Shown: positions 38,122-47,242 of the stretch, in pieces
Layout of the letters: the number at the start of each line of letters is the position of its first letter
Position numbering within the stretch: position 1 is the first letter of the stretch
DNA from: a virus
Lineage: Duplodnaviria; Caudoviricetes
Length of the DNA: 64,000 nucleotides
Strand: one strand, 5' to 3'
Virus record (IMG/VR): IMGVR_UViG_3300049182_000044
Location: 96,001 to 160,000 of that record
Position numbers and translations under genes: made by a program
The notes under the pieces: generated by a model
What the model was told of the DNA's origin: nothing
Seen by the model: only the letters and a program-made list of their open reading frames with translations
The model's database searches: none

Positions 38122-38655
38122 ATGGCTCACTTAACAGGTGCAGATGCTGGATTCGAGGACGCCGTGGGTTTCACGGCGTTTTCTTCTTTCCAGTACAATG
38201 CAGAAGCATTCGGTAAGAACATCCCGTATATTGGAGAGGCTAACAAGGCTGAAACCCTGGCACTCGCTGCGTCGAATGCCGAGTTCAAAGCAAATCCGTA
38301 TGACAAGCAAGCTGAAAGTGACATCAATGCATCCGTGCGTGGCGATGAAATCAAGTCATTGTTCTCGAGCGGCATGCCTGATCTGGTGCCCAAAGCAAAT
38401 CCTTATGACAAGGATGCTGAGAGCGGCGTCAACGCTGATGTAAGGGGCTCTGGTGCGACCACAATCGAACCGAAGTTCCGTATTGAAGATACCTCGATGG
38501 CCACTAAGACGGCTACAGCTACGGGTGTCTCTGGTGAGCGTAAGAACGTCAAGCAGCTTGCAAACAATGGCAGTGATGCTGTTGTACGTCGTGCGAAGAA
38601 GCGTCCGTATGTTTGGGGCGCCCACAATGCTCAGACCTTGACAACCTCGTCCTAA
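38122..38655 (+). CDS. hypothetical protein with a 35-aa-period duplication
   Basis: KANPYDK.AES..NA.VRG occurs twice; RBS GGAGG. Confidence 0.75.
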   Translation: MAHLTGADAGFEDAVGFTAFSSFQYNAEAFGKNIPYIGEANKAETLALAASNAEFKANPYDKQAESDINASVRGDEIKSLFSSGMPDLVPKANPYDKDAESGVNADVRGSGATTIEPKFRIEDTSMATKTATATGVSGERKNVKQLANNGSDAVVRRAKKRPYVWGAHNAQTLTTSS

Positions 38656-38675
38656 TGTCTTGAATTGAGGTAAAT

Positions 38676-39635
38676 ATGACAACAAGTATCACAAAGCTTG
38701 GTGACAACGCTCAGCGTATCAGCTATACATCGAATACGAGTATCGCTGAAATGCAGACAGCGTTGGACACCGTGATGGTTGCGCAAGGCTGGGAGTTGTT
38801 TGACGCCGCAGCGGGCGCATCTGCTCGCTGCTATCGCGCTCCTATTGCTGATGGCAACATGGCGTTCAAGTACATGGTGCTTGACTTCGGAACAGCGAAC
38901 TACATGCTGTGCAAGGTGTACGAAGCGTGGAATGCAACGACCCACGTTGGCACCAATATGGCTGTAGTTGGAGATAACACGCAGTACAATCAGCAAGTGT
39001 CGCTCTCTGCAGGTGGCGTAATGTGGGTGTTTGCAAACGCTCGCTATGCAGCTTTCTTTTCACGCACTTCTACCTTAGTGTACGGCGACTCTCAGACTGG
39101 TTCCTTCACTGGCTGTTTTGAGATCAGTCGAGACAATCCTGAGGAAGTTCCAGGCTCGTACCCGGCATTCGCTTGGGTCAACGGCGGGCTGGCTATCGGC
39201 TACAATGCGTCGGGCACTCAGCTATGCTGCTTCTCGTTGCCGCGTACCGTGGCAGGTCAAGTAGGCAATAATGCATACTTGGGCAACAGTATCGCCACCC
39301 TTGTTGGCCGTACTACAACAGCTAATGGCACGGCAGCACCTCTGTGGCAGCAGATTCCTACCGCAGTAAATGTCCTCAGCACTTCCGGTGCATGGAACGC
39401 GTTCACGCCATATGCTGTTACAGCTCAGTACAGTGGGACCACTGCGAGTGCGCAAGTGCTGCGCGGTCGATTCTACGGCCTTAAGGTTTTGCCGCGTAAC
39501 ATCGGTTCCGGTCTGGATTCGATCAACCTCAAAGTTGACTCGAACCTGTTCCTCGATGACGCTCAGGTAGCCCCGAAGCAGCATCTGATTCTGCCTGAGA
39601 AGACAGTGCAATGCCGCTTTGCGTTGCCGCTTTAA
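38676..39635 (+). CDS. array paralog 4
   Basis: GWELFDAAAG...LRGRFYGLKVL...RFALPL. Confidence 0.85.
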   Translation: MTTSITKLGDNAQRISYTSNTSIAEMQTALDTVMVAQGWELFDAAAGASARCYRAPIADGNMAFKYMVLDFGTANYMLCKVYEAWNATTHVGTNMAVVGDNTQYNQQVSLSAGGVMWVFANARYAAFFSRTSTLVYGDSQTGSFTGCFEISRDNPEEVPGSYPAFAWVNGGLAIGYNASGTQLCCFSLPRTVAGQVGNNAYLGNSIATLVGRTTTANGTAAPLWQQIPTAVNVLSTSGAWNAFTPYAVTAQYSGTTASAQVLRGRFYGLKVLPRNIGSGLDSINLKVDSNLFLDDAQVAPKQHLILPEKTVQCRFALPL

Positions 39636-39651
39636 TCAATGAGAGGATAAC

Positions 39652-40614
39652 ATGACTACTAACATCTCGCGCCTTGGGCCGAACTCTCTGGCAATCAGCT
39701 ACACGCCTAGCTCCTCGGTCAGTGAATTGCTCACTGCTTTCGATACAGCTCTAGCCGCACAAGGCTGGGAGCTGTTCGACGCAGCAGCCGGTACGAACAC
39801 GCACTGCTATCGCGCTCCAATCGCTGACGGCACCATGGCGTATAAGTATTTCGTCTTGGACTTGTCGGCAGCTCCTTACATCACTTGCAAGGTATACGAG
39901 TCTTGGAATGCGGCTGCCCACACGGGTGCCAATCCAGCGCTCGGAAGCGAAGCGTCAGCGAATTCCCAGAGATACAGTCTCACTACGGGCGGAACAGTCT
40001 TCGTATTTGCAACCGCTCGGTACGCTCTCTTCTTGTCGCGCTTGGCAGACGGTACTTACGGCTCTCCAACGGGCAGTACGTTCTGCGGCATAGTTGAGTT
40101 CAGCCGGGACAACCCGAACGAAGTTCCAGGCGCTTCTCCGATCTTTGCGTGGATACACGGTTCATACATGCTTGGTGCAGGCCATACTGCCTCGACCTTG
40201 CGCTACCTGTCGATGCCGAAGACTCGCACGAATCAAACAGGTCAAGCCGCAATCGACTACCAGGCGATCTCTACGATCTATGGACGTCCCACTATCGACA
40301 ACTCGACGAACTATTTTACCCAATTGTACAAGATGATTCCGAATCAGGGTAATGTGTTCGACACGAACAACACGCTCGTGATTACGCCATGCGCGTTCGA
40401 TCAGATAGGTGCTGCTCTACCTCAAACCGGAGCGCACTTGCGTGGTCGTCTATACGGCATCAAGTTCCTGTCTAAAGGTATAGGTGCCGCGATGGATCGC
40501 CTGGATATTAAGGTCGACACGAACTTGTTCTATGATCCGAATGCTGTGGAGGCTGCGCCCCACATCGTTTTGTCTGAAATGTCTTACGGTGGTAGATTCG
40601 CCGTGCCGTTGTAG
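39652..40614 (+). CDS. array paralog 5
   Basis: GWELFDAAAG...LRGRLYGIKFL...RFAVPL. Confidence 0.85.
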   Translation: MTTNISRLGPNSLAISYTPSSSVSELLTAFDTALAAQGWELFDAAAGTNTHCYRAPIADGTMAYKYFVLDLSAAPYITCKVYESWNAAAHTGANPALGSEASANSQRYSLTTGGTVFVFATARYALFLSRLADGTYGSPTGSTFCGIVEFSRDNPNEVPGASPIFAWIHGSYMLGAGHTASTLRYLSMPKTRTNQTGQAAIDYQAISTIYGRPTIDNSTNYFTQLYKMIPNQGNVFDTNNTLVITPCAFDQIGAALPQTGAHLRGRLYGIKFLSKGIGAAMDRLDIKVDTNLFYDPNAVEAAPHIVLSEMSYGGRFAVPL

Positions 40615-40625
40615 CGGAGGGCCTC

Positions 40626-41528
40626 ATGTCACGTATCACGTACTCAACTCTCGATCCAACAAAGATCGTCCGTCCGAATGGGACGTTCGGTGGCGGAACT
40701 GTGGCTGGCAACCTGTTCGTGTCGAGTGAATCCGCAATCATTCACAATGATATGGCGGTACCTGCAGGTACTAGCTTTAGTTACGAAGCTAGTGTAGGTC
40801 CAGGTACTTCATCTGCTTCAAAGGTTGGATTGTGCACTTCCAATACCTCAGTTCTCAACACGAAAGAGATTTATCTCGAGGGCGGAACAAACATCATATA
40901 CAAGTTCGGCGTAGCAACGCCTTTCACGCTCACAACTTCTGTTGGTATGATCGTCCACTTCGATTACAATGCTACGACAGGTGATGTGACTATTCGCGCT
41001 GGAGCCAATTCGGTAACGGTACCGGTACCAGAACTCGTGGGTAACCCAGTATACGCTTTCGGCACTGCACCGAATAGCGCGGGTGGGTTAGTATTCAACT
41101 TTGGTGCCACGCCGTTCAGCCTTCCAGTGAAGGACGGTCATCAAGGAGGCATCTATCGCCTTGATGAACTCGACTACCTCGGTATGCAAGGCAAAGAGCA
41201 GCGGATGTTTGATTCGGTCTTCGGTAATTACTTCGATGCAGGTACTTACTTAGGCAATAGTGGAATAGTAGCAGCTCAAGCCATACCAGTGCAGAAGAGG
41301 GTCGATGTAGCCGATACCCAATTCGTCTATGTTCATGCTCATCATGGGCTAGGCAAGGCAGGCAAGGCTGACGGCTTCGGACTGAAGAATCACATCGGGC
41401 GCAACTCGAAACAGATTCGCATGACGCCTGTCGTGCGTTTCAATCAGACTGCTGCGATGAAGACGAACGGCTTCGAGCAAAATAAGCAGGAGCCGTTCAA
41501 GCCCCGTGAGTTTTGGGGCGACTACTAA
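40626..41528 (+). CDS. SPRY-like domain protein
   Basis: VFNFGATPF is a SPRY-type terminal motif; basic C-terminal extension. Confidence 0.65.
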   Translation: MSRITYSTLDPTKIVRPNGTFGGGTVAGNLFVSSESAIIHNDMAVPAGTSFSYEASVGPGTSSASKVGLCTSNTSVLNTKEIYLEGGTNIIYKFGVATPFTLTTSVGMIVHFDYNATTGDVTIRAGANSVTVPVPELVGNPVYAFGTAPNSAGGLVFNFGATPFSLPVKDGHQGGIYRLDELDYLGMQGKEQRMFDSVFGNYFDAGTYLGNSGIVAAQAIPVQKRVDVADTQFVYVHAHHGLGKAGKADGFGLKNHIGRNSKQIRMTPVVRFNQTAAMKTNGFEQNKQEPFKPREFWGDY

Positions 41529-41539
41529 GCGGTATAAAC

Positions 41540-41570
41540 GTGGGTGTGTTCGGGAGAGCGCACCCACTTT
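41540..41570 (+). terminator. probable terminator
   Basis: GTGGGTGTGTTC-GGGA-GAGCGCACCCAC-TTT. Confidence 0.5.
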
Positions 41571-41592
41571 CAGCTAATAAGAAAGGCACATC

Positions 41593-42006
41593 ATGTGGTC
41601 AACAGCAAAAATAGTTGCACTTCTTCTGAAGTTCGGGAAAACGTACTGGAAGGAAATTCTTCTAGCCCTATTAGTTCTTTTTGCGCTGAAGATGGTTCAC
41701 GATCACGGCTACAACAAGGCCGATGCCGAGTGGATCAAGTTTCACAACAAGCGCGTGGGTGAACTGAATGCAAAGATCGAAAAGATCGAGCAAGATTCTC
41801 GGACGGAAGCAGAGACGTTGAAGGCGGATGCTGAATCCTACAAGTGGGCATTGCTGACACTTGCCAAAGAGTTCAAGACAATCAAGCCGAAGGATAAGGA
41901 CGGGAAAGTACTCGTGTGCGACGGGAAGGAAGTTGATACTGTCTACTTGGGTCAGGACTTTACGGACGCTTGGAACAAACTGAACACCAAAGGAGAGAGC
42001 AAATGA
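41593..42006 (+). CDS. inner-membrane spanin (Rz-like)
   Basis: N-terminal TM (ILLALLVLFAL), periplasmic coiled coil, overlaps a lipoprotein gene. Confidence 0.7.
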   Translation: MWSTAKIVALLLKFGKTYWKEILLALLVLFALKMVHDHGYNKADAEWIKFHNKRVGELNAKIEKIEQDSRTEAETLKADAESYKWALLTLAKEFKTIKPKDKDGKVLVCDGKEVDTVYLGQDFTDAWNKLNTKGESK

Positions 42007-42320
42007 AACGAATCGCCATCATCGTTACCGCATTGCTGTTGGTCGGATGCGCCTGCAAACAGCCAGCGCTGCCCGGTACAAACACACAGACAGATAGCTC
42101 GCCCGCAACAGGCAAACCTATCGACAGGGTAAAGGAGAAGGTCGATATCGATCCTTACCTTCTCAAAGAGTGTGATTGGTTCCAGCCGATGACTGTGAAG
42201 AATCCTACGCCGAATCAGGTGTTGGAGCAAAAGGCTAGTGACGTGGCGACTTTACGTGAGTGTGCAAAGCGTCATAGTTCATTGGCAAAGATTGTGAAGG
42301 ACGCTTTCAATGTGAAGTAG
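42003..42320 (+). CDS. outer-membrane spanin lipoprotein (Rz1-like)
   Basis: MKRIAIIVTALLLVG-C lipobox; YLLKEC and LRECAKRH; ATGA overlap at 42003. Confidence 0.75.
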   Translation: MKRIAIIVTALLLVGCACKQPALPGTNTQTDSSPATGKPIDRVKEKVDIDPYLLKECDWFQPMTVKNPTPNQVLEQKASDVATLRECAKRHSSLAKIVKDAFNVK

Positions 42321-42339
42321 CTTTATGAGACTTTGAACC

Positions 42340-42780
42340 ATGAATCTCTTACAGATGTACGCACCAAGCCTGGAACGTATTTACGGTAACAGGCTAGTGC
42401 ATTTACGCGAGTCGTTCCACACGATTCTACTCGCGCTTGACAACATCCAGACCTTACTCGATATGCCTTGTCCTGAAGAGGATGACATTGAGTCAAAGTT
42501 TGCTATGTTGTTAGGTAGTACCTATAGGCACTTCGATAAAGAGGTGGCTTATATGTATCGTATCGACTACAAGTGCACTGAGTGTCACATCGACAAACAC
42601 TCCAAGTTCACTACGATGGTTGAGATGTTCAAAATCAACTTCGAGGGTAATACACGCGAAGAAAACTTGAAAGCATTCAGAGACTTACAACGCTGGGTGT
42701 CAGTACATCTGCTAATGGATGACGCGTACTTCGTTCAGGTAGCAACGGACAAGGTTAGCAACTCCTGCGACAAGTGCTAA
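42340..42780 (+). CDS. single-domain hemerythrin
   Basis: H27, HFDKE (H64/E68), HIDKH (H83/H87) and HLLMDD (H123/D128) give the seven canonical di-iron ligands. Confidence 0.75.
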   Translation: MNLLQMYAPSLERIYGNRLVHLRESFHTILLALDNIQTLLDMPCPEEDDIESKFAMLLGSTYRHFDKEVAYMYRIDYKCTECHIDKHSKFTTMVEMFKINFEGNTREENLKAFRDLQRWVSVHLLMDDAYFVQVATDKVSNSCDKC

Positions 42781-42787
42781 GACAAGG

Positions 42788-42829
42788 AAAGCCCGAGGAA
42801 CTTAATTGCTCCTCGGGCTTTTCTCTTTT
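42788..42829. terminator. bidirectional terminator at the convergence point
   Basis: AAAGCCCGAGGA-ACTTAATTGC-TCCTCGGGCTTT-TCTCTTTT between + and - gene blocks. Confidence 0.7.
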
Positions 42830-42832
42830 GGA

Positions 42833-43057
42833 TCAAAGACTACACTTGTCGCCACACCACACTCGTAGCATACATACGCCTCGATGTTCCAGTTCTGCCT
42901 TTATCAGACAGACTGGAATGTCTCTCAGCATACACTCGCCTTCCCAATTTTCCATCAACGTGGTCAGCATCTCCGTAGACATTAACCGAACACGCAATGT
43001 ACCGATGTACGTGTAGAAGACTAACTCTGCACGTTCAGCTTGACTTTTAGTAGCCAT
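42833..43057 (-). CDS. hypothetical protein
   Basis: Fills the gap between the fibre gene and the terminator. Confidence 0.5.
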   Translation of the reverse strand: MATKSQAERAELVFYTYIGTLRVRLMSTEMLTTLMENWEGECMLRDIPVCLIKAELEHRGVCMLRVWCGDKCSL

Positions 43058-43102
43058 AACTGGTCACCACTCAACTTAGAGGACTACAAGTGCTCCTTAG
43101 CG

Positions 43103-46100
43103 TTACACCAAGGATGCTGCGAATGTGAAGGCCACGTCTTCAAAGGCTGTATCGGTAGTGCCCGTAACAACTGCACTGAAGATATCACCGCGAGCGAACG
43201 TCGTCTCAGCTTCAGCTGTGAAGCCACCTGTATCAGAAGCTGCGGAGAAGATCAACGTACCAAACTCGACTCCGTTCTTACGCAGCGAGATTTGAACGCC
43301 CGCTGCAGCGGCAACACGCGACTTGGAGATGCTGTCGCCCATACCTACTGCGAACTTACAAGCACGTGCCATGACGATGCGAACCACTTCATCGTTTTGA
43401 GCAGGCTTACCCGAGAAGGACGAAGCGAGATCATAAGGAATTGCCGCAACCTTTTGATCGGTGTAGGTTCCTGCGGCTGTAGTAGCTGCTTGTTGAGCAG
43501 CCGCTTTAGCTGCATCAACGTACTGCTTTGGAGCTGCTTCGAGATCAGCTTCAGGATCAGCTGCAAGTACGAGCGGACCTGTCAGTGTGTCACCATCAAT
43601 GTTGATGTAACGTGCATCAGTGAAGGCTGTGTCGAGCGCAACGCCAGTAGCTGAAACCGAAATACCTGCGTCACCAACAACTGCGAGGGCTGCACCTGCA
43701 CCACCACTCAGGCCGTTACCTGCAACGGACGTAGCGAGTTCAACTTCAGACACGCCTGCCGACCCAACCTTCAGGCCATTCGCGCCTACTGCCAACGATG
43801 TGCCGTCGAGCTTGACTGCAAGTTGTGCATTAGTACCTGTCGAAGACGTAGAACCGTTTTCAGTCAGGAACAAGCCACCTGTTGCACGAACATCGATGCC
43901 AACTTCATCAGTCGGAAGCTGTGCAATACCAGCACCGAGATTCACATCGAACTGATTGCCAACCGTGACCAAGCCGATACCTGCGGTGATCGTCTGCGCG
44001 CCATTGAACTGAACAAACGTTACCGGCGTAGTACCCAGCACATCAGTTGTCTTGGCCGTGCAGGTGAATGCTTTGGAACCGTTTGTAGTACCATTGCGCA
44101 CATAGATCGCAGCCTTAGCGAGTTCTTCGATAGCGTCTGCGTCTTCAGTACGAACCCAAGTACCGTTAGAACCAGTACCGAGTACGTTCACCGTGTACAA
44201 GCCATTTTCAGAAGGAGTAACAGCGTCTTTCACGAGAACGCGATCAGCAACTTGCAAAGTCACGCCATCGACAACCTTCGGAGCGCCACCGTTCAAGGTC
44301 TTGCCGCCAGACAGTGCCGTCATTGCGTAGACTTTAGTAACGCCTGCGCCGTTGCCCTCAGCAGAAGCTGTAACCAGTGACGATGCGCCTACGTGAGCGT
44401 TCACTGCATCGCGCACTTGAGCCGCAGTCGAAGCGATATCTTCTTCAGCACCGCCAGTCAGGTTGATGAATGCCTGCGCAACAGCAACACCCGAACCGTC
44501 ACCTTCAACTGTTGCATCGACGAGAGCCGTAGCTGCGTTGACTGCATCCGCTACTTCTTGAGCTGTGGATACGATTGCGAAGACTGCACCACCAGACAGA
44601 TTTGACATGGACTGAGCCAGCACGTAGCCTTGACCGTCACCAGTAGCACTCGCATTCAGGAGAGCTGCAGCTGCACCATGCGCGTTCACAGCGATTGCAA
44701 CCGCACCTGCCGTCGAAGTGATAAGGAAGTTCTCACCGCCGTTACCGAGATTGGTGAAAGCCGCTACAGCAGCCGTACCAGTACCGTCACCACCTGCGGA
44801 GGCCGTGACCAGTGTCGAAGCATCTTCATCCAGGTTGACAGCATCTGCAACTGCTTGAGCAGTAGACGAAACCGTGAAGTTTGCACCGCCAGACAGATTA
44901 GTGAAGCCGGCCGCAACTGCAATGTCAGCACCCGTGCCTTCGTAGATAGCATTGACGAGCAGAGAAGCAGTAGGATCCGCTTCAACAGCGTTCGCAACGT
45001 CCAGTGCCGTTGAGGTAACATCGCCTGCAACGTCAGTGGCCAGCGTAACGGTAATGTCATTGCCATTCACACTGATGCTCAGTGCTGTCTCAGGGGCCGG
45101 TACAGCGTGCTCGATACGGATTGAATTACCTGCGAGGCCGCCATTGACTGCAGTGTAGGTCACGCCATCATTTTCAGCTACGCCGCCAAGTGTCAACGAT
45201 GCTGCCGTATTGTCAGTAGTCGCCAAGGTAACTGCAATGTCGTTGCCTGTAACAGCTACGTCCAGCACTTGATTCGGAGCCGCAGCGATTTGGGTCACGC
45301 GAATCGAATTGCCTGTAACGCCTTCAGTGTTTGCCGCATAGGACACAGCACTATTGCCTACACCGATATCCAGGTGAGCTGCGTCACCAGCGTCCGTTGC
45401 CAACGTAACAGTCACATCCGAGCCGGCCACGCTAACAGCCAACGTCTGATCCGGAGCATCAGCGATGTGAGCGACACGAATCGAATTGCCTTCAACACCA
45501 GCTACATCCGCTACATAGACAACTGCTTCGTTCGTAGCATCGTTACCGATAACCAGATCAGCTGCAACGTCAGTGCTTGTTTCGAGCGTAACCGTAATGT
45601 CGTTGCCCGACACGTTGACTGCCAACGCTTGTCCTTGCGTCGAGCCGTTATGTGCAACACGAATCGAATTGCCTGCGATGCCTTCAGCGGCTGCTGTATA
45701 GATGACACCATCGTTAGGTGCACCACCACCAACTGTGACTGCAGCTTGATCGCCAGCAGACAGGCCGAGTGCGACAGTAATGTCGTTGCCTGCGACCGAG
45801 ACAACCGGCTGTGCACCAACTGATCCCAGTACGTGTTCGACACGGATCGAATCGCCAGCAGGACCTACGGTCTTTGCCGAATAGGTAACGTCATCGTTTG
45901 CACCAATGCCACTGACATTCAGTTGCGAAGAAGAGCCGACAGGGCCAGTTGTAGCTGCCACTGCATCATTCTTCCACACCAGGCCGGTAGCTGCATTGTC
46001 AACGTAGTTCTTGTTGACTACGTCCGTCGGGAGGACAGGCGCATCGTTCAGTGTAATCTTTGTGCCGTTCGGCATCACCAGGTTGCCCTGCATTGCGTCA

Positions 46101-46354
46101 CCGGCGACGTTCACCGGAGTGAAACCGAGGGCTTCTTGCTTCGCAGTCCAGTCAGTGATTTGAGCATCGCTTACCGTGCGATGATCCACATCTTCTTTTG
46201 CGTTCTTCAGATGGTTCAGATGAACCACTTCACTGCCAGTGCTGAAGAACACATCTTTGTCAGCTGTGTTAATGGCGATTTCGCCATCCAGCATTTGCTC
46301 CAGAGTAGGTGTGACACCTGTTTGGTTGGACCTACGATGTTGTAGACGGTTCAT
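43103..46354 (-). CDS. 1083-aa fibre protein with a nested repeat block
   Basis: RRS...GEIAINTAD N-module; DRVLVKD...ENGLY module split by five N-half and five C-half repeats; PYDL C-module. Confidence 0.88.
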   Translation of the reverse strand: MNRLQHRRSNQTGVTPTLEQMLDGEIAINTADKDVFFSTGSEVVHLNHLKNAKEDVDHRTVSDAQITDWTAKQEALGFTPVNVAGDAMQGNLVMPNGTKITLNDAPVLPTDVVNKNYVDNAATGLVWKNDAVAATTGPVGSSSQLNVSGIGANDDVTYSAKTVGPAGDSIRVEHVLGSVGAQPVVSVAGNDITVALGLSAGDQAAVTVGGGAPNDGVIYTAAAEGIAGNSIRVAHNGSTQGQALAVNVSGNDITVTLETSTDVAADLVIGNDATNEAVVYVADVAGVEGNSIRVAHIADAPDQTLAVSVAGSDVTVTLATDAGDAAHLDIGVGNSAVSYAANTEGVTGNSIRVTQIAAAPNQVLDVAVTGNDIAVTLATTDNTAASLTLGGVAENDGVTYTAVNGGLAGNSIRIEHAVPAPETALSISVNGNDITVTLATDVAGDVTSTALDVANAVEADPTASLLVNAIYEGTGADIAVAAGFTNLSGGANFTVSSTAQAVADAVNLDEDASTLVTASAGGDGTGTAAVAAFTNLGNGGENFLITSTAGAVAIAVNAHGAAAALLNASATGDGQGYVLAQSMSNLSGGAVFAIVSTAQEVADAVNAATALVDATVEGDGSGVAVAQAFINLTGGAEEDIASTAAQVRDAVNAHVGASSLVTASAEGNGAGVTKVYAMTALSGGKTLNGGAPKVVDGVTLQVADRVLVKDAVTPSENGLYTVNVLGTGSNGTWVRTEDADAIEELAKAAIYVRNGTTNGSKAFTCTAKTTDVLGTTPVTFVQFNGAQTITAGIGLVTVGNQFDVNLGAGIAQLPTDEVGIDVRATGGLFLTENGSTSSTGTNAQLAVKLDGTSLAVGANGLKVGSAGVSEVELATSVAGNGLSGGAGAALAVVGDAGISVSATGVALDTAFTDARYINIDGDTLTGPLVLAADPEADLEAAPKQYVDAAKAAAQQAATTAAGTYTDQKVAAIPYDLASSFSGKPAQNDEVVRIVMARACKFAVGMGDSISKSRVAAAAGVQISLRKNGVEFGTLIFSAASDTGGFTAEAETTFARGDIFSAVVTGTTDTAFEDVAFTFAASLV
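44303..45905 (-). repeat. nested AAAAA-BBBBB protein repeat
   Basis: Five G(N/D)SIR...G(N/S)D(I/V).V.L units followed by five STA..V..AV...G.G....L.(N)GG units. Confidence 0.85.
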
Positions 46355-46370
46355 TTGATTCCTCGTGTGG

Positions 46371-47156
46371 TTAAACAGTGATCTTGCGATACAAGCCCAT
46401 TGAAATTACTGCCTTCAAGGTCTCGGTGCTACTTGCATTATGCACCGTTAGGCGGTGAATAAGCGGAGTTGGTAAAAAGCTCGGCTCGGGAGCAGCATGA
46501 GCTGTCGTGTTCGTCCCTAGCATGAGCAACTTATTGATGAAGCGAAGAAAAACAGTTTCTTCAGAATGAATGTGATACGCACCAGTATTCGTCGCGTTCG
46601 GCACCCACGTCCCATTCATCAGGTCGAAGTTACCGTTCATGAAGATCGCAGGATGCGGCACATTAGGAGGGGCAACTATCTCTACCGTGAGATAGCTTCC
46701 CATCTCAGCATTCTGATACGCTAGCGTTCCATCCTTCAGATAGATGTCATCAATGAACTGAATGTCCTTGACTATCGTTTCTCCAGGTGGCACCGCAAAC
46801 ATTAGATCTTCACCGTTACCCCTCGTCACGTCTACTAGATCATCTCCATAGCATGTGAAGTGCCTGTAATGATCTTTCGGACGATCAGAAGCGGTAATGA
46901 TACGCTTACCGTCTTTCGTCAACTGATCCACGTTGTCCATGAGAAGGTTGACTGCCTTTTCGTTGGTGTATAGTGAAACACCATCGTGTAGATGCAGGTA
47001 CCCATGGAACAAGTTGTGGACTAGGTCTTGCGATGCTTTGAAAGCGGTTATTCCGAATTGCAAACCATCGACAGTCTCTCCAGGGCCGATGGTCAGTCCG
47101 TTGAGATCAACTATCTCAACGGACACGCCAGATGGGTTTATGATGTTCCGAATCAT
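46371..47156 (-). CDS. hypothetical protein, paralog of the adjacent gene
   Basis: MIRN...GLTI..GETVDGL.FG, DQLT.DGKRI..SDRP.DHYR.FT; ATG 47156 chosen by alignment. Confidence 0.8.
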   Translation of the reverse strand: MIRNIINPSGVSVEIVDLNGLTIGPGETVDGLQFGITAFKASQDLVHNLFHGYLHLHDGVSLYTNEKAVNLLMDNVDQLTKDGKRIITASDRPKDHYRHFTCYGDDLVDVTRGNGEDLMFAVPPGETIVKDIQFIDDIYLKDGTLAYQNAEMGSYLTVEIVAPPNVPHPAIFMNGNFDLMNGTWVPNATNTGAYHIHSEETVFLRFINKLLMLGTNTTAHAAPEPSFLPTPLIHRLTVHNASSTETLKAVISMGLYRKITV

Positions 47157-47242
47157 GATGTGTACTACCACTCAGTGGTAGAGCCTCATAAAAGAATCTA
47201 CAAGAGAGCCGCGCTATTGTTTTTCCCGATCTTAACTACAAA

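Noticed and set aside
32912-40614. Diversity-generating retroelement as the source of array variability
   Set aside because: No reverse transcriptase and no near-identical template/variable pair with adenine-specific differences in this window; a remote DGR cannot be excluded.
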